Of a stretch of DNA of 64,000 nucleotides, positions 49,026-59,863 are shown in pieces. Source of the DNA: Zancudomyces culisetae HAW-14-8 (taxonomy: Eukaryota; Fungi; Kickxellomycota); assembly GCA_052426225.1 (NCBI GenBank), contig JBNJNM010000015.1:1426001-1490000 (forward strand). Direction: 5' to 3'. A program made the position numbers and the translations under genes. The notes under the pieces were generated by a model. It was not told the origin of the DNA, did not search any database, and saw only the letters and a program-made list of their open reading frames with translations. Numbering within the stretch: position 1 is the first letter of the stretch; every line of letters starts with the position of its first letter.

Positions 49026-50489
49026 TTAAGATTTCTTAATGATGGTTATTATGTTATCTTTGGTTTTGCTTTCGAATTTCTGGCTGTGGTCATCCTTTGA
49101 GGTTTGTTTATAAACATTGTTATCTTGTTGATTGTAGGTGTTTCCGTCAGACTTTTGATACTCATATGGTCTGTAAGCATTTATGTAATTATCCTTTTGT
49201 TGACTATACTTGTTATTACTCCTGTAATCATCATATTCGTATCCGTATCCATACCCATACTCTTGTGGGTTATATCGTGTTTGGTATGTATTTGAGTAGG
49301 CTCCATTCTGAAAATTGACTTTGTAGTAGTTTTGGTTATCATTATACATCTTTGGGTTTGACTTATCTTGTTTTGGGTAGTATCCAATATATTTTTGCTT
49401 ATTTGAAGGATACTTATCAGATCCATCATAGTTGTAATAGTCACCCATACCTGAGCTCTTATAATATGGATATTTGTCTTCGTAATCCTCATAAGAGGGG
49501 TAATCGTTATCAGCATAGCGGTATTTGGAATTATAATAAATAGGGGTGGTTTGGTAACGATTCTCTTGATGGTATGTCTTGATGCATGATGCGTGGTTGT
49601 CAAATGTTGTAGTTACTGTCGATATAGACACAGTGGTAATGACCTTTTCTATGTAGCTTGGACCTTGAGTGTGAGTCATGTACACAATGCTTATTTGTGT
49701 GGAAATTGAATTGCTATATGATATACTTCCAGCAGTATTATAGTAATTACTGGTTATTGGGGTTGGGATAGTATTGTATGGAAATGGAGTTGATGTAGTA
49801 TAGTGATTGGCGGATGTAGTGTAGTGGTTAACAGGTGTAGTGTAGTGGTTAACAGGTGTAGTATAGTGGTTAACAGGTGTAGTATAGTGATTAACAGATG
49901 TAGCATAGTAGTTGACGGGTGTACTTGAAGTCCCATAGTAGTTTCCTGATGAAATATAGTAGTTGTTAGTGGTAGGAGGTGGAATGGTATTATATAATAT
50001 GGTGGTGGGTGGATTGTAGTAATTGATACTTGTAGGTGGTGTGCTAGTATGACGTTTGGTAGGAGTGGTGTTTTGATGGCCTTTAGTGGGATTGGCGTTT
50101 CCGTGATTGCCACCAGCGAAGTTGTTGACATTTATGCTATCTTCATTATCATCCTCATTATCATTCGGAAATACTGCAAGGTACTGACTTCCGTGGTAGT
50201 TAACATATAGCTCTGTATATGTACGGGTTCGAGTGGTGGATTGATCATCACCGCTAACATTACCACCAACACCAACACCAACACCATTTGCCTGTGCTGT
50301 AAAGTCATCGGATATCCTTGTCACCCTTGGTATCTCAACAAAAATACCACCTCTTTCATTGTCAATACTACGTTTCTGTTTGTGTCTACGTAATACGCCT
50401 TGTCTACCCAGTGTCTTTGGTACAGGATATGAGTTTATTGTGCTGGAAAGTGCAGATATTAAGAGTATCCACCTATTTGATGATAGCAT
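49026..50489 (-). CDS. Secreted Tyr/Thr/Asn-rich low-complexity repeat protein, 487 aa, intronless
   Basis: Signal peptide MLSSNRWILLISALSSTINS, short pro-region ending RRHKQKR (Kex2-type site), tandem PVNHYTT repeats and a Tyr-rich C-terminal third. No recognisable enzyme domain. Confidence 0.85.
   Translation of the reverse strand: MLSSNRWILLISALSSTINSYPVPKTLGRQGVLRRHKQKRSIDNERGGIFVEIPRVTRISDDFTAQANGVGVGVGGNVSGDDQSTTRTRTYTELYVNYHGSQYLAVFPNDNEDDNEDSINVNNFAGGNHGNANPTKGHQNTTPTKRHTSTPPTSINYYNPPTTILYNTIPPPTTNNYYISSGNYYGTSSTPVNYYATSVNHYTTPVNHYTTPVNHYTTPVNHYTTSANHYTTSTPFPYNTIPTPITSNYYNTAGSISYSNSISTQISIVYMTHTQGPSYIEKVITTVSISTVTTTFDNHASCIKTYHQENRYQTTPIYYNSKYRYADNDYPSYEDYEDKYPYYKSSGMGDYYNYDGSDKYPSNKQKYIGYYPKQDKSNPKMYNDNQNYYKVNFQNGAYSNTYQTRYNPQEYGYGYGYEYDDYRSNNKYSQQKDNYINAYRPYEYQKSDGNTYNQQDNNVYKQTSKDDHSQKFESKTKDNIITIIKKS
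49795..49921 (-). repeat. Coding minisatellite with a 21-nt unit, ~6 copies, encoding (P/S)(V/A)N(H/Y)Y(T/A)T
   Basis: Repeated gtagt(g/a)tagtggttaacaggt units are visible on the + strand. Confidence 0.9.
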
Positions 50490-52003
50490 TGTGGCTGATT
50501 TTTGTTTTGCTGATGGTTTAAGCGTTTAGATTTGTTAGGTTATCAATGGGTGTGTCTGTTCCTGTTTTTTTTTCTTTTTTTTAAAGAAAAAAGCTTAAGC
50601 TTATTAATTCTGCTGGTATGAGTGTGTATGGAGTATATAATTTCTTCTTTGTCTTTTTTGAACTGCCATACTACATCGTTATTTATATACTATTTCCGAC
50701 CAAGTGATCGAGTTAAACTGACCTTGTGCATATAAACTTGCACTGATGGTCATACTTACATAACAAAGAGATCATTACTCCCAAGGGATGTGTATGGAGT
50801 GGAGTGGTATGATTAAGGTAACAACATTGTGTATTGCACCTACCTGTAGTATATGAGTTTATTTTTTTTGGACCATTCTTGGCATAAACCAAATGTCAGT
50901 GAACATTATCGACCTTTCTTTATTTTCGAAAGAGGGAAAGGTAAATCATCTTTGAATATTTATTTCATAGGAAAGATAAGTTTGCAAAATATAACATTTT
51001 TTGGATATGATAAATTAGTAACTGGAGTCATGTATCTAGCTCTTCATATGAGTAGCCTCTCGCCGAGCTTTTCCCACCCTCTTTATGGTCTTTTTTTGGG
51101 GTTTAGGTCTACATTTTCAACAATACTACTAGGAAAATCAAAAAATTCTCAGCATACATTTTCTTTGTTTCCAAAAACAAGTGTAATGTATATTAAAATA
51201 AAAAAGTAGTCACCTTAAATCCAGTTCCCTAACACATTTTTCCATCTTTCTAGTTACCAAATAACAGCAGTTGTCATGAGATATAGAAAAAATAAAGGAG
51301 AAACACAAGTCCTCAAAACAAGATATATACATTTCAACTTGTAGAGCTCTGGTATGTAAAGAAGATATGTTTTGTCGAAAAAAAAAAGACTAGAGGCTGT
51401 TACGGAATGTGTTCGTCCAATAGTAAAATCAAAAAGCTTCACAGTGTTTTTGAAATAGGATATCATCTTGTAATACATCAAAGCGATACTTTTTCATTTG
51501 GTTTCTTTTTTTTTAAAAAAAACTTTTGTTAACTAAAGAGCTGCATCGGCGTATTGTATATATTTTACTCAACTACATGAGGCAATATCACAATATGTAG
51601 TTATTTCACACAATATGAATGGAAACGAGACAGAATATCCAAAAAAAAAAGTAGTTGATATTCTGTCTTTCATTTTTAGTCACATATGTTGAGGTAATTT
51701 GTAATTATGTAGGTGGTGCTCAAAACATATTACTGGTCAACCACCAAGCTAGTGACCCGGTATTTCTAGTAAATAAAAACATCAATATGTAGCAATGAAA
51801 AAAGTATGTACATCAGAACAATCCGAATTGATTGTTGCGCATACTCCCGATTTCACATTGTATGAATTTGGGTAACATATTTTTTTTTTCCTTTTAAATT
51901 TTTTTGGAGCTATATTGAGAAATCGTGTACATCTACTGTAGTTGATTAAGTTGGAAAAAAAAATTGTAAATATATCCAAGTAAAAATATATACGTGAAAA
52001 AAA

Positions 52004-53965
52004 ATGACTGAGGAGGCTGCAAAGAAGAATTTCCCTGAAAAGATATACTTTGGTGTTGAGTACCCTGGCTATGTAAAATCTGTTGAGAAGGCAATAGAAA
52101 CCATGGGGGGCTGCGAAAAGATAGCAAATTCAGTGTTGATGAAATCGGACGATGGACTTGAATTGAGCTATGATCCCGAGGACATGTATCTAAAGCCGCT
52201 GGTTGGCGACATTGTTTATACAGGGAACATGCTACTAAAAGTTACACGAAATGTTAAAAAGTATAAAGATGGGAGGGTTGAGCCCATTGATAGTAAATGG
52301 GATGTTGAAAACATGGGAATTATCAGCAAAACAGCACGCTTTCGAGGTAAAATTATAGATTTTTGGTGCTTTATCAACAACTATAGGTTTGGCAGTGATG
52401 AAATTTGATTTTAATTTAAGAAAAACAGATACTTGAAATGCGGGAAACATTAAACAATTATGGAACAAAAAAAAATAGGTATGGCTGACTGGCATTTTGG
52501 GACGGAGCGGGATGATAATGTGTACAAGTATATTGAAGAAAGCAAAAGCTTGACTTCGCTAGGCTCAATAGACAAATTGACCAAAGAATTGTTAGAGGTG
52601 CCGGAAATCTTCTATACTACACCGTTGCCTTTTATGGCCAAAATGAGCTGGTCGTTCAAAACACCGTAAGTGGAGATTTACTATAATATTGTAGTTATAC
52701 AACTAGTTTTTTTTATTGATATTCGAGTAGTTTAGTATACTATAAGATAACGTTAGTTGATTGTTTGCCGAATATCTGGTCATTCTGAACAGAGAGCATG
52801 TAAACAAACACTGGAAATGATATAAATACATATACAATATACGTATTTATTTAATAGGGGTGCAAAAGCAAATCCATATACTCGTGAACACTTTGAATTA
52901 AGAGAAAATGGGGTCACACCAGTAACAGAGTATGTGGCAAAAAAGAAAAAGAAAAATTCAAGAATGATCATGGTTAAATATGGGCAAAAAGAATACCCAA
53001 AAATGAACTTTGAACTGTACAAGGGACCAGGTATTAGAAACATAAACTTTGAGATACTAGAAATATTCCGAAAGCAGTTTGAGGAAAGACCAATATGGAA
53101 AAAGACAGTTCTAGATCAAAAGCTTCCAACAAGTTTATTGCGAAGGAGGGTGCTTTTGATGAGGATCCTATCATCGGTTGCATTTTTTGTGACGAGTGGA
53201 CCATGGAGGGACACGTGGATTAGGTTTGGGTATGATCCACGTAAGGACCCAAAGAGTTTTATATATCAGCTGGTAGATGTGCGCGCTCAAATTGGTCGAA
53301 AATCTAGGTTTGTAGAATACGAAGACTTTGAAGGTGACGAAAAAGAAAATAAAAAAACCAACGATGGTTATGATCCTAGTCTTAATGATACTGAAGACAG
53401 GATGGTGGTAGATCAAGAGGAAGGCGCAAGTAGAGAAAGCAGTGTTGGGATATATGATGGGTATGCTGATGGCAATAGGGCTAATTCTGATGTGAATGCG
53501 CCACCACAGCCTTCAAAAATGCTTGGAACTGTACAAATATGCGACGCCAATGTTAAAGAGCTTAAGCCTATTCTTAGACAACCAAATATACTGTTAAGTG
53601 TATGTTGTAAAGAGACTGGGTGGATAAAGCCACATGTTTTAAAAAAAATCAAAGACATTTTGAAGAGCTCCAAAGATCGAACACAAGTAATCGGGGTAAA
53701 TCTTCAGCTTGACCGCGGCGAAGGGGAAGGAGAAGGAGAAGGAGAAGGAGAAGGAGAAGAGGAGGAAGAGCAAAATGAAAGTAAACTTTATGGCGTAAAT
53801 GGGAAGCAGGAAGGAGAATATGAGGAGGAAGATGATGGTGAAGACGAGGAGGAGGACGACGAAGAAGAAGATGATGATGATGATGATGAAGAAGAAGAAG
53901 AAGAGGAGGAGGAGGATAGCTTTGACGAACAAGACATAATCAAAAAGATACAAAGCGGGATGTAG
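52004..53965 (+). CDS. TFC1: TFIIIC subunit Tfc1/tau95 (GTF3C5); 3 exons (52004-52346, 52479-52665, 52858-53965), ~545 aa
   Basis: VEYPGYVKSVEKAIETMGG, NMLLKV, GIISKTARFR|GMADW, FEERPIW, GPWRDTWIRFGYDPRKDP..IYQ, ETGW, and the family's acidic C-terminal tail. Confidence 0.93.
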
Positions 53966-54066
53966 CTGGAACTAGCTTTGGTTAAATACGGGTTGTAACA
54001 TATATAAATAGTTTATTTAAAAGTAGGAAAACGCGGAAATGTAAAAAGAAAAATAAATAAAGTATA

Positions 54067-57000
54067 TTAAGATTGTAACGAGTTTAGTTCGCTAAACTGT
54101 TTCAATAAACCTTCGGGGTTAACAATATCGGTTGAACCATAAATGATGAATTTGCGCGGACTTGATTCCTATTATTTAAAGATCGATGTGTTAGCTCGAT
54201 ATTGGGGCTTTTTAAATTGAAAGCTATCACATTGATATTTTTCCTTTTCCTTTTCCTTTTCCTTTTCCTTTTATTTTTATTTTCATTTCTCATGTTTTGG
54301 CATAACTGTGAGCTGTAGATGGGTTAAAAATACTAGTAAATAAGAACTTACATTTGCATAATCCTGCAGGTTCTGATATTCCAGGTAATTTCCACCTCCG
54401 ATAACAAACACTATACAATTCTGGAACGAGCTTATGACAGACTTTTGTTGGTGGCCAAATTTCCCCTGATCAGCTGGTGGGAATAGTGAAAAAGATGGAG
54501 GTGAGGTTGATAAGGGATCCAAATAAATCATATTGTCACCAACGCCGCCAATACCTCCACCACCCAGCATTGGTGATGAGCTGGCACTGGCAGTACCAAT
54601 GTTTCCGGGTCTTTCCATGATTGACTTTACCAATTGCGTTATTGGAAGATCCTTATCCTGGGGGAGAAATCCCTTCACTCCAGCGAATAAACCACTAGCC
54701 AGACCAGTTCCATCTTTAATTGCCGAAAGCTATTAAATTATGTTTTGTTGCTTAGTATTGAATAAAATGTAGACACGGCCATGATCCTTTTATTTTAAAA
54801 AATACCTTCCCCCCCCCCCCTCCAAGCACACAGTATATAAAACGAACTTACTTTGCTTCCAATTGAGGAAAACTTGCCCAAAAAGTCACTGCCACCAACA
54901 CTAGGGCTCGAAGTAACCACATTCTGCAGCATGATTTTGTTCATGGCTTGTAACTTCTTAAAGTAGGCCAATGCGCTCAAATCAACGTCTTTCTCTAAAA
55001 ATGCCTTTTCAAATGCCTCCGCAACTGAATCCATGGATTGGGATTTGCCTGAGGCTTGCAGTCCGTCGAGCCCGCTACTAGATCCGGCCATACCACCAAC
55101 ATTTCCGCCCTTTCCTTGCCTAGATAGTAAATACAGCATCAAGACACGGAGTTTATCGTTTAGTGATCCCCTCCCTTCATCATTGAGAAAGTCCAGTATT
55201 GTCTGTCTGGTTTGCTTGTTCATATTCTCCTCAAGCTGAAAAATAATATCCAGTTGTCTTTCTTTTATTTTTTCTAAAAGCGCAGTGGCCACGTTCATGT
55301 GCATGTCAATGGCTGCCTTTCTAGCAGTCATTTCTGGAAGCGAGTCGACCGCCTTTTGCAGCTGCCTTGTACTGTTTCCAAAATCACTACGTCCCAATAA
55401 CATAAATGTGTTTAAAATATGCTGTTCTCTTTTATGACTGTATTATTTTCAACTTACAGTTCCTGCTCAAGGCCTAGATTATCTGTAGATACTCCCATCC
55501 TGGTCATTTCATCAGCCTGCTTTTTGAAATCTGTTGACGTTTCGTCTATACTGACTACAAGTTTGCATAGTAATGGTTAGTTTGTACTTTATTAATGACT
55601 TGGCTCATTATTCCTTTCTTTCAAGTTATACATCTTATTATATATATATATATGTGTGTGTGTGTGCAAGTAGTGATAATAAAAAAACTTACTCGCTGCT
55701 TCAGGGAATGGCATAGAAGCTATTCGTGCCCAGAATTCATCTTTCGCGTCCAGGTCATAAACCTTTTTCGTTTTTTTCCCGTCAACTTCAGTCTATTCCA
55801 ATCAACTGATGCTTATTGTAGATTTGATATACATAAAATTATGTCTACAGAAAATGTGATGTTTTAGATCCACCTACATTTAGTGTTATCCTATTAAGCT
55901 CTATTCCCAGTATATCATGAATCAGAGCCTGGTATGTCCAGCTATGACTCAACATAGACCCGATATCAAAGTCTCTGTCCAGTAAAACCAGAACAGCTCT
56001 ACTTCCCGGCTCAGACGTAATTCCACCACACCATCCCTCCCCCTCACTATCGCTAAACAAATGGTATTTGCTATGGGAAACACTTTCTCTTATTCGATAG
56101 TTCAGCTTGTTTGCTACCATCTCTGCCGCTCCCCCCTTTGGTGCACATATTATTGGTACTGTCTTGAGTGTAACTAAAACTGATATCATCTGCCCAACTA
56201 TTTGATCCACCAATTCTTTGACTTTTTCTTCTGTGAGAGTTGGGTCGTGTGTTTTTTTAAAACTGTCTTTTATGCCAAATGATACCATATTTTCCTCTGG
56301 ACATATGAATTCTATATATTTGTCAAAAACTTGAGCTATCTGGTGTGATGTCTTTGACGCCACTGTAGCCACCGCCAATTCCTCCATCAAATCGCGTGTT
56401 ATTGAGTCACATAAATTCACATAATACAAATCGTACATCTCTTTTCCCATATCCTATGTCATTTTTATTTACAAGTATATTTAGTTCCCCTTTCTTTTTT
56501 TATTATTAATCCACGTGGTTTATTCTGATATATACTGACCTGTGCTAACCGTGTCATATTCGAATATGTTGCTCGCATAAAATATATTGCCGGTACATCC
56601 GAGATGCTTGATCTAACCGAGTCCAACATCCTATTTTTACATACGCATGCTCCTTTAAATACTTTTTTTTCAAATATGCTTCCATCTCTCCCTTTTTACC
56701 TCCAAACAAAATATATTATAAATCGTTTCAGGTCATTACATGTGAACTGTTATTCCGTTCTCGCGTAAGTCCGATACCTTCAAAACAGTTGATATCACAT
56801 CCCGTGAAAATTCGTCTATGACGAGTACCTTCCAAACCACTTCATCACCATCATCTTCCACACTGTTTTCGTCATAAAACCTCGTTCTCCTATTCTTTTC
56901 TGTTCCGTTCTCCTCTGCAATTTTCTTGATTTTCTTCTCTCCATGCAAATTCAGCATTTGCACGAGTGCATCTATTTTTTATACAAAGTATTCGAGATAA

Positions 57001-57244
57001 ACATGTTTTATTGTTCTTTTTTTTCTTCACGTTTATAACATGAGGCTTATCGTATTTTCATTCCAGATTCATCCTGAAAATATATATGTTCATAATTCGA
57101 TAGGTAAAATACAGCCACTCTCGGATTAATTCAGCATTTTCCACCCTTCAACAAAATATACTCGCAAACTCTCATCAAAAATGACAAAAATATGAGGGTA
57201 AGGACGAGAAGCTTACCTATTTGACGAGCTCTTATAGTGTCCAT
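54067..57244 (-). CDS. SLY1: Sec1/Munc18-family protein Sly1 (SCFD1); 9 exons (57244-57217, 56971-56740, 56630-56540, 56453-55878, 55792-55693, 55554-55458, 55386-54852, 54729-54352, 54168-54067), ~712 aa
   Basis: IRARQ, WKVLVID..DVISTVLKVSDLRENGITVHM, DVPAIYF, GGAAEMVA, LLDRDFD..LSHSWTYQALIHD, YDLDAKDEFW, LPEMTARKAAIDMHMNVATALL, VFVIGGGNYLEYQNL, IIYGSTDI. All 8 introns are phase-consistent. Confidence 0.95.
54238..54271. repeat. (TTTTCC)n microsatellite in the last SLY1 intron
   Basis: Directly visible, ~5 units. Confidence 0.85.
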
Positions 57245-57466
57245 CTATTTTTATTTCTGTATTTGTGTTTCTAGCTGCCTGTTTTGTTTTTTATTTCCTT
57301 GTCCTCGTATGTATTTTATCACGTTTACAAAATTTAGGTTTCCATCAGGGAGAAAAATGGAGATTGATATATTTTGTTAGCCAGAATTGCTCTTTTTGCT
57401 TTTGAAATAGAATATGAAAGCAAAAAACGATTAAGCCACAAAAGGTACTCGTGCTGGGACTGAATG

Positions 57467-57498
57467 TGTTTTGTTTTTGTGTTTTGTTTTTGTTTTTT
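57467..57498. repeat. (GTTTTT)n-like microsatellite upstream of SLY1
   Basis: Directly visible, imperfect. Confidence 0.7.
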
Positions 57499-58774
57499 GT
57501 GTGCTAATATCATTCAGTAACTCACTTAAATTAAAACCCTTTTGTTGTTTTTTTATTGGCTATTTTTTTGCTCCACGGATTTTGTTATAAAGAGTTGGGG
57601 GTCATGTTTATACAGATAGTTAACTAAGCGATTACACAAATGACAAAACCCATAACAAAGCGCAAGTAGTGTTTGTATTTCAGAGGTCCATTATAAGATT
57701 ACAATTTTTAGATGAGATCAAGGTTGGTAGGTGTGACATATCTTTATATACAGGATGAGGTGAAAGCCTCCTGTCCTCCCGTCCTCCCCTCCTTCCTTGG
57801 CGTGGGTTTTCCCTTAATTCTTTTTTTGCTATGTATGTGTGTATATGCATGTTGTGTAAATGTACATTCAAAGCAAGTAAATCACATCAAATTTGAGCTG
57901 TAGCCACAGAACTCGTATAACCACACCTCATTAAGTTAAAATATACAACCCAACCTATGCTGTTGCTACAGGTACTATATGTAGCCTTTGACTAGGTTCG
58001 ATAATGATTATATATATACACGTATTAACCTTGTAATATTCTTTTAAATACCAAAATGGGGAATCTAGGTAAAGTAGGGTTTTGAATATTCAATATACCA
58101 CATGAATCGTTTTTTGTGTGGTTATATTTGACATAATACATATATTTTACACAAACCGCTTAATCTTGTTCCTTTTTTCGCTTTTCTACTGATGTTTTAT
58201 TAAAAAGGTATATTTACGCAAATCAACAAACATAAGTGTGAGTACTTGTATCAATTGGAAAGTTTAATGACTACACATAAAACCAAAATTCTTCTGATCA
58301 CTTTAATATAACATATGTGGATGATAACAACCATTATGCATATTTTTTTGATAGAATCTATCACCTTTAATGTTTTTTCTTTTTTATCCTAAAAGGAAAG
58401 CGCTGAAAAAAGCAAGAAAAGTCCCAATCTAGAGGGTCTGCTCCTAAAACTGGATCCCCCATCCCTCCCAAAACATCTCGTATCGGAGCATTGAGCCCAC
58501 CAAAACACTGATCAAAACTCATAGTTGATAATACATGGACTAAAGGTGTTGCGAAAAACAATATATTTAGTACAGTTTTCGAAAAAAAAGAAAAAAAAGA
58601 AAAAAATGCAAAAGCCAAAGTACTATGTAATTATGACGTAAAGTTCGTAAATGTCGTTAAATCAAATAGGCAAAGGAAAGGGCAGAACGAACCCCTATCC
58701 CACGACGAGCAAGGACTCATCCTAAGTGCAAAACATCATGACTCCTCCCGTGCAGTACAGGTCTTGTGAACCAT

Positions 58775-58960
58775 TTACCACCAACTAAGGAACCAACTGG
58801 TAGGCCCGAGCCATCTATCTTCGATTTGAGCCGGTGCCGGAGCCGCAGCCGGTGCTGGCTCTTGAGCTGGAGCGACAACACCGCGACCTCCATTATTTGA
58901 AACATTGTTGACTGGAACAGCAGAAGCTGTTAGTGCCAATAAAAAGACTGTGTACTTCAT
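58775..58960 (-). CDS. Small secreted prepro-peptide, 61 aa, with a Trp-rich C-terminus (unspliced model)
   Basis: Signal peptide MKYTVFLLALTASA|VPV, Ala/Pro pro-region, EDR|WLGPTSWFLSWW. A at -3 of the ATG, TATAAAG ~95 nt upstream, and locally higher GC. The 3' end could instead be spliced (see findings). Confidence 0.7.
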   Translation of the reverse strand: MKYTVFLLALTASAVPVNNVSNNGGRGVVAPAQEPAPAAAPAPAQIEDRWLGPTSWFLSWW

Positions 58961-59054
58961 CTTCGAAATGGTTAAAAGTTCTTTTTCTTGTGGTTTGTAT
59001 ATAGTTAGCTATGAGTTGTTAAAAGCTTATCAGGATTCTCAGAGTTCTTGTGTG

Positions 59055-59061
59055 CTTTATA
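59055..59061 (-). promoter_or_regulatory. Putative TATA box (TATAAAG) of the small secreted peptide gene
   Basis: Consensus match ~95 nt upstream of the ATG at 58960. Confidence 0.4.
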
Positions 59062-59833
59062 AATTTCGCTTTTCTTTGCCACTATTTTTTTGTGTTATGC
59101 AGAATACAAATGAATGTTGGTTAAGGACGTGCTATACTTTATTTTAGAGGGAATGTGTACCGATTTACTTTTTCAAATTCATCGCAATTTGGATGGGTAT
59201 TTATACCATTTAGAAATTTGTGCAATTGAGAAATAATTGCTGTTATGAAGTGTAATACTTAGTTTCACAAGTTTCTAAATTTCTAGTAAATCCAAATATA
59301 GTGCGTTCCATTTTTAGATATGCATTTGTCAGCGTATTAACATTCATTTTGTTTTTAGAACATGCTTACTTTCTAATCCACGTTTGTAGCTGTGTAAACA
59401 GTGGTGGAAATAAAACTTATCTTGTAATAGGGATGAGTTCTTGGGACTAAATACCGGGATGCTCATCACCAATTTACCTTCAAGTAAGGGAACCTGGTGT
59501 TAGTATATAATTGGCATTAAAGCCGTGTAATTGAAAAATTGGCATTTGTAATATTACATGGTCATCGACTAGAGCTATTGGTAAATTTCTGTCGGACACG
59601 ATAAATGTAAAAATAATGATTATGTAATATGCACGACTATTTATAGCTCAACAATTCAGTACATCAAACAAGCACACTAATAAACGGAAGCATCTTCTCA
59701 ACTGGTTTACAGAAAAAAGACTGGCTATTTCTGCCTTTGCTATAAAGTAAGATATTACGTCAGAACTTTTCTTCAAGCGTTCTGAAATGATTTGCCTAGT
59801 TAATCCACTACAAACAAAAAAAGGAGACGGGAA

Positions 59834-59863
59834 GAGGAGGAGGAGGAGGAGGAGGAGGAGGAG
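59834..59863. repeat. Intergenic (GAG)10 microsatellite
   Basis: Directly visible. Confidence 0.9.

Noticed and set aside
53718-53930. Long GE/E/D repeat tail of TFC1
   Set aside because: An acidic C-terminal tail is an established feature of Tfc1/GTF3C5, so it is not novel.
25228-57244. SEC18 and SLY1, both SNARE regulators, within ~30 kb
   Set aside because: They are separated by several unrelated genes; there is no evidence of more than chance linkage.
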